Below, piece after piece: positions 28,015 through 38,399 of a stretch of DNA of 64,000 nucleotides. Numbering within the stretch: position 1 is the stretch's first letter; every line of letters begins with the position of its first letter. Origin of the DNA: Puniceicoccaceae bacterium (GTDB lineage Bacteria > Verrucomicrobiota > Verrucomicrobiia > Opitutales > Oceanipulchritudinaceae); NCBI GenBank assembly GCA_040830765.1, contig JBFOMH010000018.1, positions 1-64,000 on the forward strand. Reading direction: 5' to 3'. The notes under the pieces are model-generated. The model did no database searches and was not told where the DNA came from. It saw only the letters and a program-made list of their open reading frames with translations. The translations under genes were made by a program, and so were the position numbers.

Positions 28015-28884
28015 CTACTCCGGTTGGAACTCGGGCCGTGCCCTGTCCGGTACTTCCTTGAGGTAAAGATCGCGCTGCGGATAGGGAATTTCAATACCCG
28101 CCTCCTTCAAGTGGTCCCAGATGATGTAGTACAGTTCGCTCTTGAAGGAAGTCGGTTGCAGGGTCCACTCAACGGTCCAGACCCAGATTTCAAAGTCGAG
28201 TGAGGAGTCCCCAAAGGCAATGAACTTGGCCGAGGGCGGGGGGTTCTTCATTACCCCGGTATGCGAAGCGGCCGCTTTTTCGAGGACTTCCTTCACCTGA
28301 TTGACATCACTGTTGTAATGCACCCCGACCGGCAGGCGAAAGCGCACCTGGTTGTCACTGTGACTCCAGTTGATGACCGCGGCCGAAATAAAGCGGGAAT
28401 TCGGGACAATGACCTCGATATTGTCGTTGGTCCGGATGGTCGTGCTGCGGGCCCGGATGGAGGTGATGGTCCCGTTGGTCTCGTCGATACTGACCCGGTC
28501 CCCGACCTTGATCGGCCGCTCCAGCAGGATGATCAGGCCACTGACAAAGTTATCCGCAATGTTCCTTAATCCAAAACCGACACCAAAGGAGACCGCCCCA
28601 AGGATAACCGAAAGCGTCGCCCAGTTAAACCCGTCGAGCGTGATCGGGAGGATCAGCATCAGGGAGAGAATCAGGAAAATGTAGCCAATGAGGGTGGAAT
28701 AGGCATTGGCCAGACCCGGATGCATGTTGAAACGCGGGAAGAAGCGCTTCGTCAGGAGTCGTTTGAGCAGCCTTTGCAGGATAAGGGTCAGGATGACCAG
28801 GATGAACCCGAGCAGGATCGACAGCGGCGTGAAACTGAGCGTCCCCATGTCAAAGGTGCGGGTCCAGAATGTTTCGATCGACAT
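28015..28884 (-). CDS. MscS-family mechanosensitive channel
   Basis: GVGFGLRNIADNFVSG, ERPIKVGD and GIEIPYPQRD. Confidence 0.92.
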   Translation of the reverse strand: MSIETFWTRTFDMGTLSFTPLSILLGFILVILTLILQRLLKRLLTKRFFPRFNMHPGLANAYSTLIGYIFLILSLMLILPITLDGFNWATLSVILGAVSFGVGFGLRNIADNFVSGLIILLERPIKVGDRVSIDETNGTITSIRARSTTIRTNDNIEVIVPNSRFISAAVINWSHSDNQVRFRLPVGVHYNSDVNQVKEVLEKAAASHTGVMKNPPPSAKFIAFGDSSLDFEIWVWTVEWTLQPTSFKSELYYIIWDHLKEAGIEIPYPQRDLYLKEVPDRARPEFQPE

Positions 28885-28982
28885 GACCGGATACTAGGAG
28901 GCTCGAGGGTCTTCCTTCAACTGCAAAAAACATTGGGCGAAAATGTGTTCACACCAACGGGAATTTTCGCATCCTTCCGACC

Positions 28983-30551
28983 ATGGCAAAAAGCTACATC
29001 ATCTCGGCCGGCCATCCACTGACCGCCGATGCCGCCCGCCACGCCCTCGATGCGGGAGGCAATGCCTTTGATGCCGCCCTCTCCGGCTGGTTGGCTGCCT
29101 GCCTCGCCGAACCAGTCCTGACCTCTCCCGGCGGAAGCGGATTTGCCATGGTCGCCCCGGCCTCGGGCCGGCCCCGCCTGTACGATTTCTTCTCCCAGAC
29201 ACCCCTAAAGGCCAATCCGGACGGGCACGCCTATCCGCTCGAGGCAGACTTTGGCTCCACCACCCAGGTTTTTCACCTCGGGGCCGGGACCGTCGCCACT
29301 CCGGGTTGCGTAGCCGGTATCCTCCAGATCCAGGAGACCCATGGCCGTCTGCCCCTCGAGGAATGCGCCGTTCCCGCACTCGAATTGTCCCGTAATGGAT
29401 TAATCATTACAGACCATGCCGCGACCCTGCTCAAGGTCGTCGAGGACCTTTACCTCGCCACGCCGGCCTCGTGCCAGTTATTTCGATCAAAAAGAGAGGA
29501 GACGGGATGCCTGCGCGAGGGGGAACGGTTTCTCAACCATGACTTTGAGTGTTTTATCGACGCCTTGATCGCTGAGGGTTCACGCTGGTTTTATGAAGGG
29601 GATATCGGCCGCATCATCTCCGATTATTGCCAGGAGCATGAAGGTCACTTGACCCGCGAGGACTTCACCCGCTACAGGGTGGAAATCCGGGAGGCCCTCG
29701 AGATTCGCCGAAACGGATCAACAGTCTGGCTCAACCCTCCCCCGTCCATGGGCGGCACACTTATCGCCATCGGGCTGCTTTCCCGGGGAGAGGCAGGCGT
29801 TCATGGCTTCCCGCTGCAAGGCCGGGCGGCCTGGCTGGATTGGGCGGAAGCCCTCCGCCTGATGAGCCTGATGCGCTCACCAGAGGGTTCGAGGCAACTC
29901 ACTGCGGCGGATGCCGCCCTTTTGGAACGCGCTTTCCATCTGGATTCAGGAGTCGCTGGCGCGGCCGCAAAGCTCTTTCCCCATGCCCTCCGGCAGATCC
30001 AGTCGCAGGGCACGACCCACATCTCCATCATGGATGGGGATGGCAACGAGATCGCCATGACAACCAGCAACGGAGCCGGCTCGGCAATCATCCCGGAAGG
30101 GACCGGCTTCATGCTCAACAACATGCTCGGGGAGGATGACTTGCAGCCGGAGGGGCTGGGTACATGGCAGACCGATACCCGGCTTTCCTCAATGATGGCC
30201 CCCACCCTGGCCCGGCTTGCCGATGGTACTCGCATCGCCACCGGCTCCGGGGGGTCCAATCGTATCCGCTCCACCATCCTGCAAATCCTCCGGCACCTCA
30301 TCGACCACCGGCTTCCCCTGTCTGCCGCCGTCGAGGCACCTCGCCTGCACTGGGAAGACGGGGAGCTGCATGCCGAGACCGCGGCCGCGGAGTCGCTTCA
30401 AGATCTGGAGCAACCTCTTCCATGGCCACTGGTGGAGCACTCGGTTCCCAATCTCTTCTTCGGTGGAGCCCACTCGGTCTCATGGTCGGACAAGTCCGGA
30501 TTCAGTGGTATCGGGGATCCCCGCCGCGGGGGTATCAGTATCGGCAAGTAG
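28983..30551 (+). CDS. ggt: Gamma-glutamyltransferase family protein
   Basis: GGNAFDAA, nucleophile TTHISI, LNNMLGE, SSMMAPT, GSGGSNRI and DPRRGG. Confidence 0.9.
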   Translation: MAKSYIISAGHPLTADAARHALDAGGNAFDAALSGWLAACLAEPVLTSPGGSGFAMVAPASGRPRLYDFFSQTPLKANPDGHAYPLEADFGSTTQVFHLGAGTVATPGCVAGILQIQETHGRLPLEECAVPALELSRNGLIITDHAATLLKVVEDLYLATPASCQLFRSKREETGCLREGERFLNHDFECFIDALIAEGSRWFYEGDIGRIISDYCQEHEGHLTREDFTRYRVEIREALEIRRNGSTVWLNPPPSMGGTLIAIGLLSRGEAGVHGFPLQGRAAWLDWAEALRLMSLMRSPEGSRQLTAADAALLERAFHLDSGVAGAAAKLFPHALRQIQSQGTTHISIMDGDGNEIAMTTSNGAGSAIIPEGTGFMLNNMLGEDDLQPEGLGTWQTDTRLSSMMAPTLARLADGTRIATGSGGSNRIRSTILQILRHLIDHRLPLSAAVEAPRLHWEDGELHAETAAAESLQDLEQPLPWPLVEHSVPNLFFGGAHSVSWSDKSGFSGIGDPRRGGISIGK

Positions 30552-30600
30552 CTTGCCCTTTGCAGTGGACAAGCCGCGCGCATCGGCAAACAATCCCTTC

Positions 30601-30984
30601 ATGGCAGTCAAACCCCAACTTCTGACATGGGTCACCTGCGATTCGGTCCACATCGATCCGGCAACCGGAAAGCATTACCTGCTCGGTTGCTTCTCCAACC
30701 TGCGGGCCCGCAAATTTCCCGCCACGCACCCGCGCATGGTCTGGTTCCTCACCCTGACCGATCTCAAGCCCGGGAAACACCAGCTCCGCCTCTCCTACGG
30801 GCAGGACATGGAGTCCATCCGCAAGATTGTCGAACGGCCTTTTGAGTCCCGCAACCCTCTCGACAAGATAAACCTCATCAACGAGCTCCGAAATCTTGTC
30901 TTCGATACGCCGGGCGTTTACCAAATCCTCATCGAGGTCGATGACGAGCCGCTTCTGGTAAACTCCCTTACCGTCTCCGAATAA
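30601..30984 (+). CDS. Small beta-sandwich hypothetical protein (DUF6941-like)
   Basis: CD.VHIDP.TGK..LLG.F and F..PG.Y.I pattern; ATG at 30601. Confidence 0.65.
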   Translation: MAVKPQLLTWVTCDSVHIDPATGKHYLLGCFSNLRARKFPATHPRMVWFLTLTDLKPGKHQLRLSYGQDMESIRKIVERPFESRNPLDKINLINELRNLVFDTPGVYQILIEVDDEPLLVNSLTVSE

Positions 30985-31058
30985 GGCAATGGCATTGATT
31001 TCATGCCTTCAATCTGACAAACTCTTATCCAATCCCTCAAATTGAAAGCCCCTCAATC

Positions 31059-32045
31059 ATGTTAAATACAACATACGAACTCGTTGGCGTCGGATCACCA
31101 ATTATCGATGTCCTGGCCCAGGTGCCGGATTCTTTTCTGGAAATCGTGGGCGGTGGCAAGGGAGGCATGGTCCTGACAGATGGTGAAACCATCGGCAAGT
31201 GGCTCGGGCAGCTCCCCGGACCGCGCACCGAGGCCCCCGGTGGTTCGGCCGGTAATACCATTTTCGCCGCTGCCCGGCTGGGCCTGCGCACCACTTTTAT
31301 CGGAAAGGTTGGCATGGGGGAAGGCGGCTCCTTCTACAAGGAAAGCCTCAAAGCCCTCGGAGGTGACATCAGCCGCTTCAAGACCGGTGAGATCCCCAAT
31401 GGCCGCTGCCTCAGCCTGATTACGCCGGATTCCGAACGCACCCTGCGGACCGACCTTGGGGCAGCCGCAACCCTCTCCCCGGAAGACATCACGCCGGCGG
31501 ACTTCATGGGCTGCACCCACGCTCACATCGAGGGATATCTCCTCTTTAATCCCGACCTCATGTTGAAGGTTCTCAAGAGCGCCAAGGAAGCCAATTGCTC
31601 TATTAGTCTGGACCTTGCCTCCTATGAGGTGGTTGAGGCGGCCAAGGACTCCCTGCCTATCCTTCTCAGCGAGTACGTCGACCTGGTCTTTGCCAATGAG
31701 GAGGAAGCTGCGGCGTTCCATGGTTCCCCTGCCGAACCAGGCGACCTCGCCGTCAAGTTGGCGGAATACTGCGACCTCGCCGTGGTCAAGGTCGGTGCCA
31801 AGGGCGCCTGGCTGGCCCGCGGAACCGAGGCTATCCATTGTCCCGCCGTCGCCCGGGTGGAGGCCATTGATACGACTGGAGCCGGCGATTACTGGGCCGC
31901 TGGTTTTCTTACCGGCTGGCTCCATGGCAAGCCCCTCGAGGTTTGTGCGGAGTGGGGAGCCCGGCTTGGCGCGGAGATTGTCCAGGTCATCGGGGCCGAG
32001 TTGCCCGAGGCCACCTGGCAACGGGTACTGGCTGATTTAAAATAA
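31059..32045 (+). CDS. PfkB-family carbohydrate/adenosine kinase
   Basis: GGSAGNT, FANEEEA and DTTGAGDYWAAG. Confidence 0.9.
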   Translation: MLNTTYELVGVGSPIIDVLAQVPDSFLEIVGGGKGGMVLTDGETIGKWLGQLPGPRTEAPGGSAGNTIFAAARLGLRTTFIGKVGMGEGGSFYKESLKALGGDISRFKTGEIPNGRCLSLITPDSERTLRTDLGAAATLSPEDITPADFMGCTHAHIEGYLLFNPDLMLKVLKSAKEANCSISLDLASYEVVEAAKDSLPILLSEYVDLVFANEEEAAAFHGSPAEPGDLAVKLAEYCDLAVVKVGAKGAWLARGTEAIHCPAVARVEAIDTTGAGDYWAAGFLTGWLHGKPLEVCAEWGARLGAEIVQVIGAELPEATWQRVLADLK

Positions 32046-32091
32046 ACCGCCGCTTGCCTCAACGGGCAGTTTGCGGCAAAACCCATTCATC

Positions 32092-33375
32092 ATGAACGAG
32101 AATGAGGTAGAAAGTGCCATCCGGGAGATTGCCGCGAGATCCTTGCGGGCCTCGAGGCAGCTGGCGGCGTTGAGCACCGAACAGAAGAACGATGCCCTGA
32201 TCCGGATCGCTGAACTTCTGGAGGCTCCGCAAACCCTGCCCATGCTGTTGGAAGCAAATGAAAAGGACTTGCAGACCGGTGCCTCGCTGGGCCTGTCCGA
32301 TGCCCTGTTGGACCGGCTCCGCCTGACACCCGAACGCATCCGGGGAATGGTTGAGGGGACCCGCCAGGTCGCGGCATTGGAGGATCCCGTTGGCACCGTC
32401 CTCGAGGAAAAAACCCACAAGAAGGGTTTCGCCATAGAGAAGGTGCGGGTGCCCATCGGTGTTATTGGCATTATCTACGAGTCCCGCCCCAACGTGACCA
32501 TCGACTGCGCGGTGCTCTGCCTCAAGAGCGGGAATGCCACCATCCTCAGGGGTGGACGGGAAGCTTACCACAGCAACATGGCCCTCGCCCGGGTCATCCA
32601 GAAGGCCCTCGAGGAAACCGGACTGCCCGGCGATGCCGTCCAGCTAGTCCCGACAGTTGACCGCTATGCCCTCAATGTCCTCCTGAAGCTGGACGACTAC
32701 ATCCACTGCCTCATTCCCCGCGGCGGGGAGGGACTGATCCGGTTTGTCGCTGAAAATGCCCGCATGCCGGTCATCAAGCATTACAAGGGTGTCTGCAATG
32801 TCTACCTCGACAAGGCAGTCGACCGGCAGATGGCGATCAAGGTCACGGTGAATGCCAAGTGCCAGCGTCCCAGTGTCTGCAATGCCGCGGAGAACCTGAT
32901 TGTCCACGAAAGCCTGCTTGGCTCCACCTTTCCGCTTGTCGCCAAGGCCCTCAAGGAGCAGGGAGTGGAACTCAGGGTCGACGAACCGGCGGCCAGGGAA
33001 CTGGAAGCCTTTGGGAATATCCCCTTCACAATGGCTACCGAGGAGGACTACTACACGGAGTACCTCGACATGGTCATTGCCGTGAAGACCGTCCCCGACA
33101 TCCGCGCGGCCATCGACTTCGTCAATACCTATGGTTCCTGCCACAGTGACGCCATCCTTACAGAGGACCCCGAGGCCGCCCGCCAGTTCCAGACGGAAGT
33201 TGACTCGGCAACAGTCTACTGGAACGTCTCAACCCGCTTTACTGACGGATTCGAATTCGGACTTGGGGCGGAGATTGGGATTTCCACCGACAAGCTGCAT
33301 GCCCGCGGACCCATGGGGCTCAATGAGTTGACAACCTACAAGTATCTCATCCGTGGGCACGGGGAACTCAAATGA
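32092..33375 (+). CDS. proA: Gamma-glutamyl phosphate reductase
   Basis: GVIGIIYESRPNVT, CNAAE and STRFTDGFEFGLGAEIGIST.KLHARGP. Confidence 0.96.
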   Translation: MNENEVESAIREIAARSLRASRQLAALSTEQKNDALIRIAELLEAPQTLPMLLEANEKDLQTGASLGLSDALLDRLRLTPERIRGMVEGTRQVAALEDPVGTVLEEKTHKKGFAIEKVRVPIGVIGIIYESRPNVTIDCAVLCLKSGNATILRGGREAYHSNMALARVIQKALEETGLPGDAVQLVPTVDRYALNVLLKLDDYIHCLIPRGGEGLIRFVAENARMPVIKHYKGVCNVYLDKAVDRQMAIKVTVNAKCQRPSVCNAAENLIVHESLLGSTFPLVAKALKEQGVELRVDEPAARELEAFGNIPFTMATEEDYYTEYLDMVIAVKTVPDIRAAIDFVNTYGSCHSDAILTEDPEAARQFQTEVDSATVYWNVSTRFTDGFEFGLGAEIGISTDKLHARGPMGLNELTTYKYLIRGHGELK

Positions 33376-34298
33376 GCGCGCCGCTCATTGCTGACAGGAT
33401 TGCCTTCCGCCTGAGCTGGGAGGAACTCGATCCTGCTGCCCTCACCTCACTTGTCCGCATGGCCCGGGCGGAGGATTTGGCCGGGTTCGGCCTGGCCCGG
33501 CAACCCGCCCAGACCGGCGATGTCTCCAGTTCCGTCCTTGGCAAGACCGACCAGCCCGCCTCCGCGCGACTGGTGGCACGGGAAGACCTCGTTACCAGTG
33601 GAATCCCGCTCGTTCCCCTGGTGCTGGTAGCCTATGGGGAAGACGGACATTTCATTCCGGATGTCCGGGATGGCGAACATTGTCCGGCTGGCACTTGCCT
33701 TGGAACGCTTGAGGGTCCCTCGCGCCTCATCCTCGAGGCGGAGCGAGTGCTTCTCAATTTCCTCCAGAAGCTTTCCGGTGTCGCCACCCTGACCCGCCGG
33801 TATGTTGATGCCCTCGGGGACTCTCCAACCCGGCTCCTCGATACCCGCAAGACCACTCCTGGTTTCCGGGTCCTCGAGAAATATGCCGTTGCCTGCGGCG
33901 GGGGATTCAACCACCGAATCGGACTCTTTGACCGGGTCATGTTGAAAGACAACCATCTCGCCGCGGAGGGCGCGCAGCACGGTCCTGCCCTGACTGACCT
34001 TGTCCGCAGCACCCGAGCAAAATGGCCCGGACTGCTCATCGAACTGGAAGTTGACTCCATCGAACAGATACCTCCCGCTCTGGGCGCCGGGGTGGATGTC
34101 TTTCTACTCGATAATTTCTCGATGGAGAACCTGCAACAGGCCGTGAACATTATCGGCGATAAGGCTGCCACTGAGGCCAGCGGCGGTATCACTCTCGACA
34201 ATCTGCCAACCCTTGCCAATATGGGTTTGGATTTCATCTCCACCGGCGCGACTGTCCATCAATCCACTTGGAAGGACATCGGGCTGGACTGGAATTGA
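33372..34298 (+). CDS. nadC: Nicotinate-nucleotide diphosphorylase (carboxylating)
   Basis: LLDTRKTTPG, NHRIGL.D.VMLKDNH, LLDN and EASGG. Confidence 0.95.
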   Translation: MSAPLIADRIAFRLSWEELDPAALTSLVRMARAEDLAGFGLARQPAQTGDVSSSVLGKTDQPASARLVAREDLVTSGIPLVPLVLVAYGEDGHFIPDVRDGEHCPAGTCLGTLEGPSRLILEAERVLLNFLQKLSGVATLTRRYVDALGDSPTRLLDTRKTTPGFRVLEKYAVACGGGFNHRIGLFDRVMLKDNHLAAEGAQHGPALTDLVRSTRAKWPGLLIELEVDSIEQIPPALGAGVDVFLLDNFSMENLQQAVNIIGDKAATEASGGITLDNLPTLANMGLDFISTGATVHQSTWKDIGLDWN

Positions 34299-34305
34299 CC
34301 CTAGC

Positions 34306-35292
34306 ATGAACCTCGACGCCAAAGTTCTCCTTTCCTTCATCCGCGCCGGAGGCCAGTTTGTCTCTGGTACCGAGATCGGTGACTCACTCGGGCTGTCCCG
34401 CGTCAGCGTCCATAACCACCTGGAAACCCTGCGCAAGGAGGGCTTTACCTTTTCCGCTATTCGCAACAAGGGATACCGTCTGGAAGCAGAGCCGGTAACC
34501 TTCCATCCCGCCCTCTTCGCGGCCCTGCTGGAGGACAACCCCTGCCCCTTCTTCGATTCCTACATCGCCCTGACCGAGGTCGACAGCACCAACAGCCTTG
34601 CGGAGCTCGAATTATCAAAGGGGCGCGCCACCCCGTTCTTTGTTGCTGCCGATGAGCAGACCGCTGGCCGCGGTCGACGAGGGCGCAACTGGTTCAGCCC
34701 GGATAAGAAAAACATCTACCTTTCCATCGCCCTGCGGCCAACCCTGCCCCCGTCCCGGCTCCAGACCATTACCCTCTGGCTCGGCATGCGCATTTGCCAA
34801 CTGCTCCGGGACAAGTTCGCCCTTCCCGTCCTCATCAAATGGCCCAACGACCTCATCCTCCATGACCGCAAGATCGCCGGGATGCTGACCGAGGCCCGGG
34901 TCGATGCCGAACAGACCCGCGACCTGATTTTCGGGCTGGGGCTTAACGTCAATGCCCGCGAAGCCGATTTCCCGGAAGAAATTTCCAAAATGGCCAGCTC
35001 TTTGGCCCTCAATACCGGCAAGGCCATCAATCTTTCCCGCCTCGCCCACAGCCTCGTGCACTGCCTCGCTCTGGCCGTTCAGGAATACCTCGATGACCAG
35101 TATGTTGATGAATTGGCAGCCCTCTGGCCGGAGTACGATTATCTGCGCGGCCAGGTTGTTGAGGCCGGTGACATCAAGGGAAGGGTACTCGGTATCAACA
35201 AGACCGGCTCCCTCCGCCTCGAACGCGAGAATGGCTCCACCATGCTCCTTCATAGCGGTGAGGTTTCCATCGGTTCCGGCAATATTGCCTAA
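34306..35292 (+). CDS. birA: Bifunctional biotin protein ligase/repressor
   Basis: N-terminal HTH, DSTN, QTAGRGRRGR.W, KWPND and KIAGML. Confidence 0.95.
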   Translation: MNLDAKVLLSFIRAGGQFVSGTEIGDSLGLSRVSVHNHLETLRKEGFTFSAIRNKGYRLEAEPVTFHPALFAALLEDNPCPFFDSYIALTEVDSTNSLAELELSKGRATPFFVAADEQTAGRGRRGRNWFSPDKKNIYLSIALRPTLPPSRLQTITLWLGMRICQLLRDKFALPVLIKWPNDLILHDRKIAGMLTEARVDAEQTRDLIFGLGLNVNAREADFPEEISKMASSLALNTGKAINLSRLAHSLVHCLALAVQEYLDDQYVDELAALWPEYDYLRGQVVEAGDIKGRVLGINKTGSLRLERENGSTMLLHSGEVSIGSGNIA

Positions 35293-35324
35293 AAAAAATC
35301 CCCCGGTTTCTCAGGCCGGGGGAT
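35291..35324. terminator. Intrinsic terminator between convergent birA and nrdG-like gene
   Basis: ATCCCCCGG-N9-CCGGGGGAT stem with an A tract on its left side. Confidence 0.75.
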
Positions 35325-35405
35325 CACAAGGCCAATTTACTTGGCCACTTCTCTCTCTCTGTATTTGGGTTATCGGTGTAGGAGCCGATTAAAGTCCTTT
35401 CCTTG

Positions 35406-36161
35406 TCATACCGTCAGGGTGCGTTGCCGCATGCGCCGCCGAGCCACCGGCATTGGCCGGGCCTCGTCGGTGTGGCGAATTTCGTAGTTTTTCACGCGTC
35501 GCTCGACATAGGTACGAATGTCCTCGAGTGGCTTGTGGGGAAATGCCGGCCGGCCCTGCAGCTCCGAACGCAGGGGATTGGAGGACACGAAGTCCTGCAC
35601 CACGAACCGGTCTGCGCCATGCACCAGTTCTGCAATCGCTTTCAGTTCACGGGTCGTGTGCAGACCCGGTACCACGGTTGTCTTGAACTCATGGGTAATG
35701 CCGGACTGCTTGACAATCCAGACACTGGTCCGGATCAGCTCCGTATCGATCTGCCGCCCGACAAGGCCGGGATAATTCGCCAGGGGCGCCTTCACGTCCA
35801 TGGCCACGTAGTCGACCAGGTTTTCCACCAGCAGTTCCCGCAAGACGTCCGGTTGGGTTCCATTGGTATCCAGTTTGACCGCCAGCCCAAGGGATTTGGC
35901 CCGCTCCAGGCAGACTTTCAGGTCCTCCTGCAACGTCGGTTCACCGCCGCTGAAGACGACCCCGTCAATCCGGTCGAGGCGTTTCTTGAGATAATTTTCC
36001 GCGTAATCCCAGTCATGCCCGGTTCCTGTGTCGCAATCGCCCAAAAGGCTGGCGTAACCACAGTAGGAGCACCTCAGATTGCAACCGCGAACATAAATCA
36101 CGACTGCTTGCTTGCCGGGATAATCAAACTCACCCGCTTTTTCTACGCTCCCAATCAACAT
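35406..36161 (-). CDS. nrdG: Radical SAM activase, anaerobic ribonucleotide reductase-activating (NrdG) type
   Basis: DYPG..A.VI...GCNLRCSYC, GVVFSGGEPTLQ, KLDTNG, DYVAMDVKAP and EFKTTVVP. Confidence 0.8.
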   Translation of the reverse strand: MLIGSVEKAGEFDYPGKQAVVIYVRGCNLRCSYCGYASLLGDCDTGTGHDWDYAENYLKKRLDRIDGVVFSGGEPTLQEDLKVCLERAKSLGLAVKLDTNGTQPDVLRELLVENLVDYVAMDVKAPLANYPGLVGRQIDTELIRTSVWIVKQSGITHEFKTTVVPGLHTTRELKAIAELVHGADRFVVQDFVSSNPLRSELQGRPAFPHKPLEDIRTYVERRVKNYEIRHTDEARPMPVARRRMRQRTLTV

Positions 36162-36444
36162 AACCAGATATTCTAATAGTGTGGCAGTTTTATTATCAGT
36201 TTTTGTTATGCCATCAAGAAAATTTAGAAATCGTAAGTTTTGCTAATAGCTCCAATCGCCTTAACTAATTTAAGATATTTGTAAAATTCCCCCCGGACTG
36301 TGGCTTCCACTGGACAAGCGGCCAGGCTACTGGTTTCATTCTGACATGGATTCATCCATGATAAAACTCACGGTTTGGACGGAAGGGCTGGGGGAATTCT
36401 GGGGAATTGCCTCAGCGCAAAAGGAGCGGCGCCAGCGGGGCGAA

Positions 36445-37194
36445 ATGAACCCGGACGAGGTCGTCACCATTATTGGCAACATCATCGAGGAAAACACCCA
36501 CGATGCGAATGGACTCTTTATTCTGGAGTCCAGTGGGCGACGGCTCAACGTCACTCTCAGCAACGGGGTGGTTGAGGTCTCGGACCCACGCGATGCCAAC
36601 TACCAGAACGTCGCCATAGCGGAGTCTGAGCTAACGGAATACTTGATTAAGTTCTTTGCCCCTGCTGCGGCAGAGTCCAATGAGAATTTGCGCACTCCAC
36701 TCGTGCAGACGCTGGAGTACGTCGTGGCCATTGCCGCGATTGTGGTCTTTGGCCTGACAATACGGTTTGTCATCGGCTTCATGCAGGACAGCTCCCAGTT
36801 CATGCCCGAACCGGAGGCCGTGGAAATCAGCGACCGGATACAGGTGCAGAACCTGAAGGTACAATACGCAGGGGTTTATGCCACCCGGATGCGTGACGGT
36901 GAAATGGTCATTGAACTGCGGGATGACGGGACTTGGAATTATTACGACATTCAGGGCGGCTCACTTGGTTCCTTTATCCTCTCCCCGGTAAACAGCGGGC
37001 AATTCCGGCCTGTCTATGAATCCGGCCGCCTGGCCATCCTGACCGATTCCCGATACCTCTTTTATCCGAGCACCAACTTGGAGGAAGGAATCACCTTCCT
37101 GCAAAGGCCCTTCAAGAAGATCGCCAATACGCGGGATGACCTGCCTTACGTCTCCTTCCCGGATGAAATTGTGGGAAGCGTGGCCTACCGTTAA
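36445..37194 (+). CDS. Single-pass membrane hypothetical protein
   Basis: Clean ORF with a central TM (YVVAIAAIVVFGLTI); start may be upstream at 36346. Confidence 0.65.
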   Translation: MNPDEVVTIIGNIIEENTHDANGLFILESSGRRLNVTLSNGVVEVSDPRDANYQNVAIAESELTEYLIKFFAPAAAESNENLRTPLVQTLEYVVAIAAIVVFGLTIRFVIGFMQDSSQFMPEPEAVEISDRIQVQNLKVQYAGVYATRMRDGEMVIELRDDGTWNYYDIQGGSLGSFILSPVNSGQFRPVYESGRLAILTDSRYLFYPSTNLEEGITFLQRPFKKIANTRDDLPYVSFPDEIVGSVAYR

Positions 37195-37224
37195 GGTTTA
37201 CGAAAACGGCTTTTCCTTCAGGTC

Positions 37225-38328
37225 CTACTGGACGATGCCGCCTTCCGAAAGGAAGATGCCCTTGAGGTTCATTTCCAGGGCCTTCGGATTCGGGGAGGCT
37301 TCAAGGCCAACCTGCTTGCTGACCAATCCTTCCTTGATCAGCCGGTAAAGGTCCTGGTTGAAGGAACGGGAACCGGAATCCTTGCTCGCCTCGATTACCG
37401 CAGGGATCTTCTCGAACTTGCCTTCCTGAAGAATGGTCCGGGCCAGGGTGTCGACCACGAAAGCCTCAAGCACGGGCAAGCGTCCGGTCCCCTCGAGGGC
37501 CGGAATCAGCCGTTGGGTGATCGTCGCCCGGAGCGTACTGGCAACCATCCGCCGCAGACCGGCATGCTGGTCCGGGGGATAGTATTCAAAGAGTCGCTGC
37601 ACGGCCTGTTGGGCATTGGAGCTGTGCAGGGTGCCGAACACGTAGTGACCGGTTTCCGCAGCCGTGAGGGCTGTATCGAACGTATCCGCATCACGCATTT
37701 CCCCAATGAGAATCATATCCGGGTCCTGGCGGAGGACACTCTTCATGCCGTGCAGGAAGGACGGAGTATCGATGCCCACTTCCCGCTGATCAAAACTCGA
37801 CTTGATGTCGGAATACGTGAACTCAATGGGGTCCTCCAGCGTGACGATGTGCTTGTCCACGTTGAGGTTAATCCAGTTGAGCATGGCCGCCAGGGTGGAA
37901 CTTTTACCACTGCCCGTCGGTCCACAAACCAGCATGATGCCGTCATTCTGATCACAAAGGTCGGTAAACAGTTTCGGATCAAGGTTCAGGCTCTCAAAGC
38001 TCGGGGGACGGTCCTTGACATAACGGAAGACCATACTGGGCGTCCCGCGCTGGTAGAATGCATTGACACGGAATCGGCCGACATCCGGAAGGCGGTAACT
38101 ATAGTCAATCTGGTTATCCGTCTGCCAGCGCTCGACGAACTGGGGCGGACAGGAATCCTCCACGAAAGCCAGGATCTGGTTGACCCCAAGGGGATCCATA
38201 TCAATTGGCTCAAGGTGGCCGTCAATTCGCAGAAGAGCCGGCTTGTTGGTTTTGACGTGCACGTCGCTGGCTCCGTTGTCCACGGCGAGCTGCAGCAAGT
38301 TGTTGAAAAGTTCAAGCGTTTCAGACAT
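37225..38328 (-). CDS. pilT: PilT/PilU-family type IV pilus retraction ATPase
   Basis: GPTGSGKSSTLAA, TLEDPIE, QREVG, LRQDPD.ILIGEMRD and AETGH.V.GTLH. Confidence 0.9.
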   Translation of the reverse strand: MSETLELFNNLLQLAVDNGASDVHVKTNKPALLRIDGHLEPIDMDPLGVNQILAFVEDSCPPQFVERWQTDNQIDYSYRLPDVGRFRVNAFYQRGTPSMVFRYVKDRPPSFESLNLDPKLFTDLCDQNDGIMLVCGPTGSGKSSTLAAMLNWINLNVDKHIVTLEDPIEFTYSDIKSSFDQREVGIDTPSFLHGMKSVLRQDPDMILIGEMRDADTFDTALTAAETGHYVFGTLHSSNAQQAVQRLFEYYPPDQHAGLRRMVASTLRATITQRLIPALEGTGRLPVLEAFVVDTLARTILQEGKFEKIPAVIEASKDSGSRSFNQDLYRLIKEGLVSKQVGLEASPNPKALEMNLKGIFLSEGGIVQ

Positions 38329-38399
38329 GGCAAATTAGCGTTTGAAATCTAAACGGTGCCTACATACGGTGGCAAATTCATTTTATTTAGCAGTACTAT

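Noticed and set aside
36162..36200. NrdR box upstream of the nrdG-like gene
   Set aside because: Only a partial resemblance (ACCAGATATTCT); no palindromic tandem boxes.
37225..38328. Type IV pilus or competence locus
   Set aside because: pilT is solitary and comF is 32 kb away; no pilin or assembly genes are in the window.
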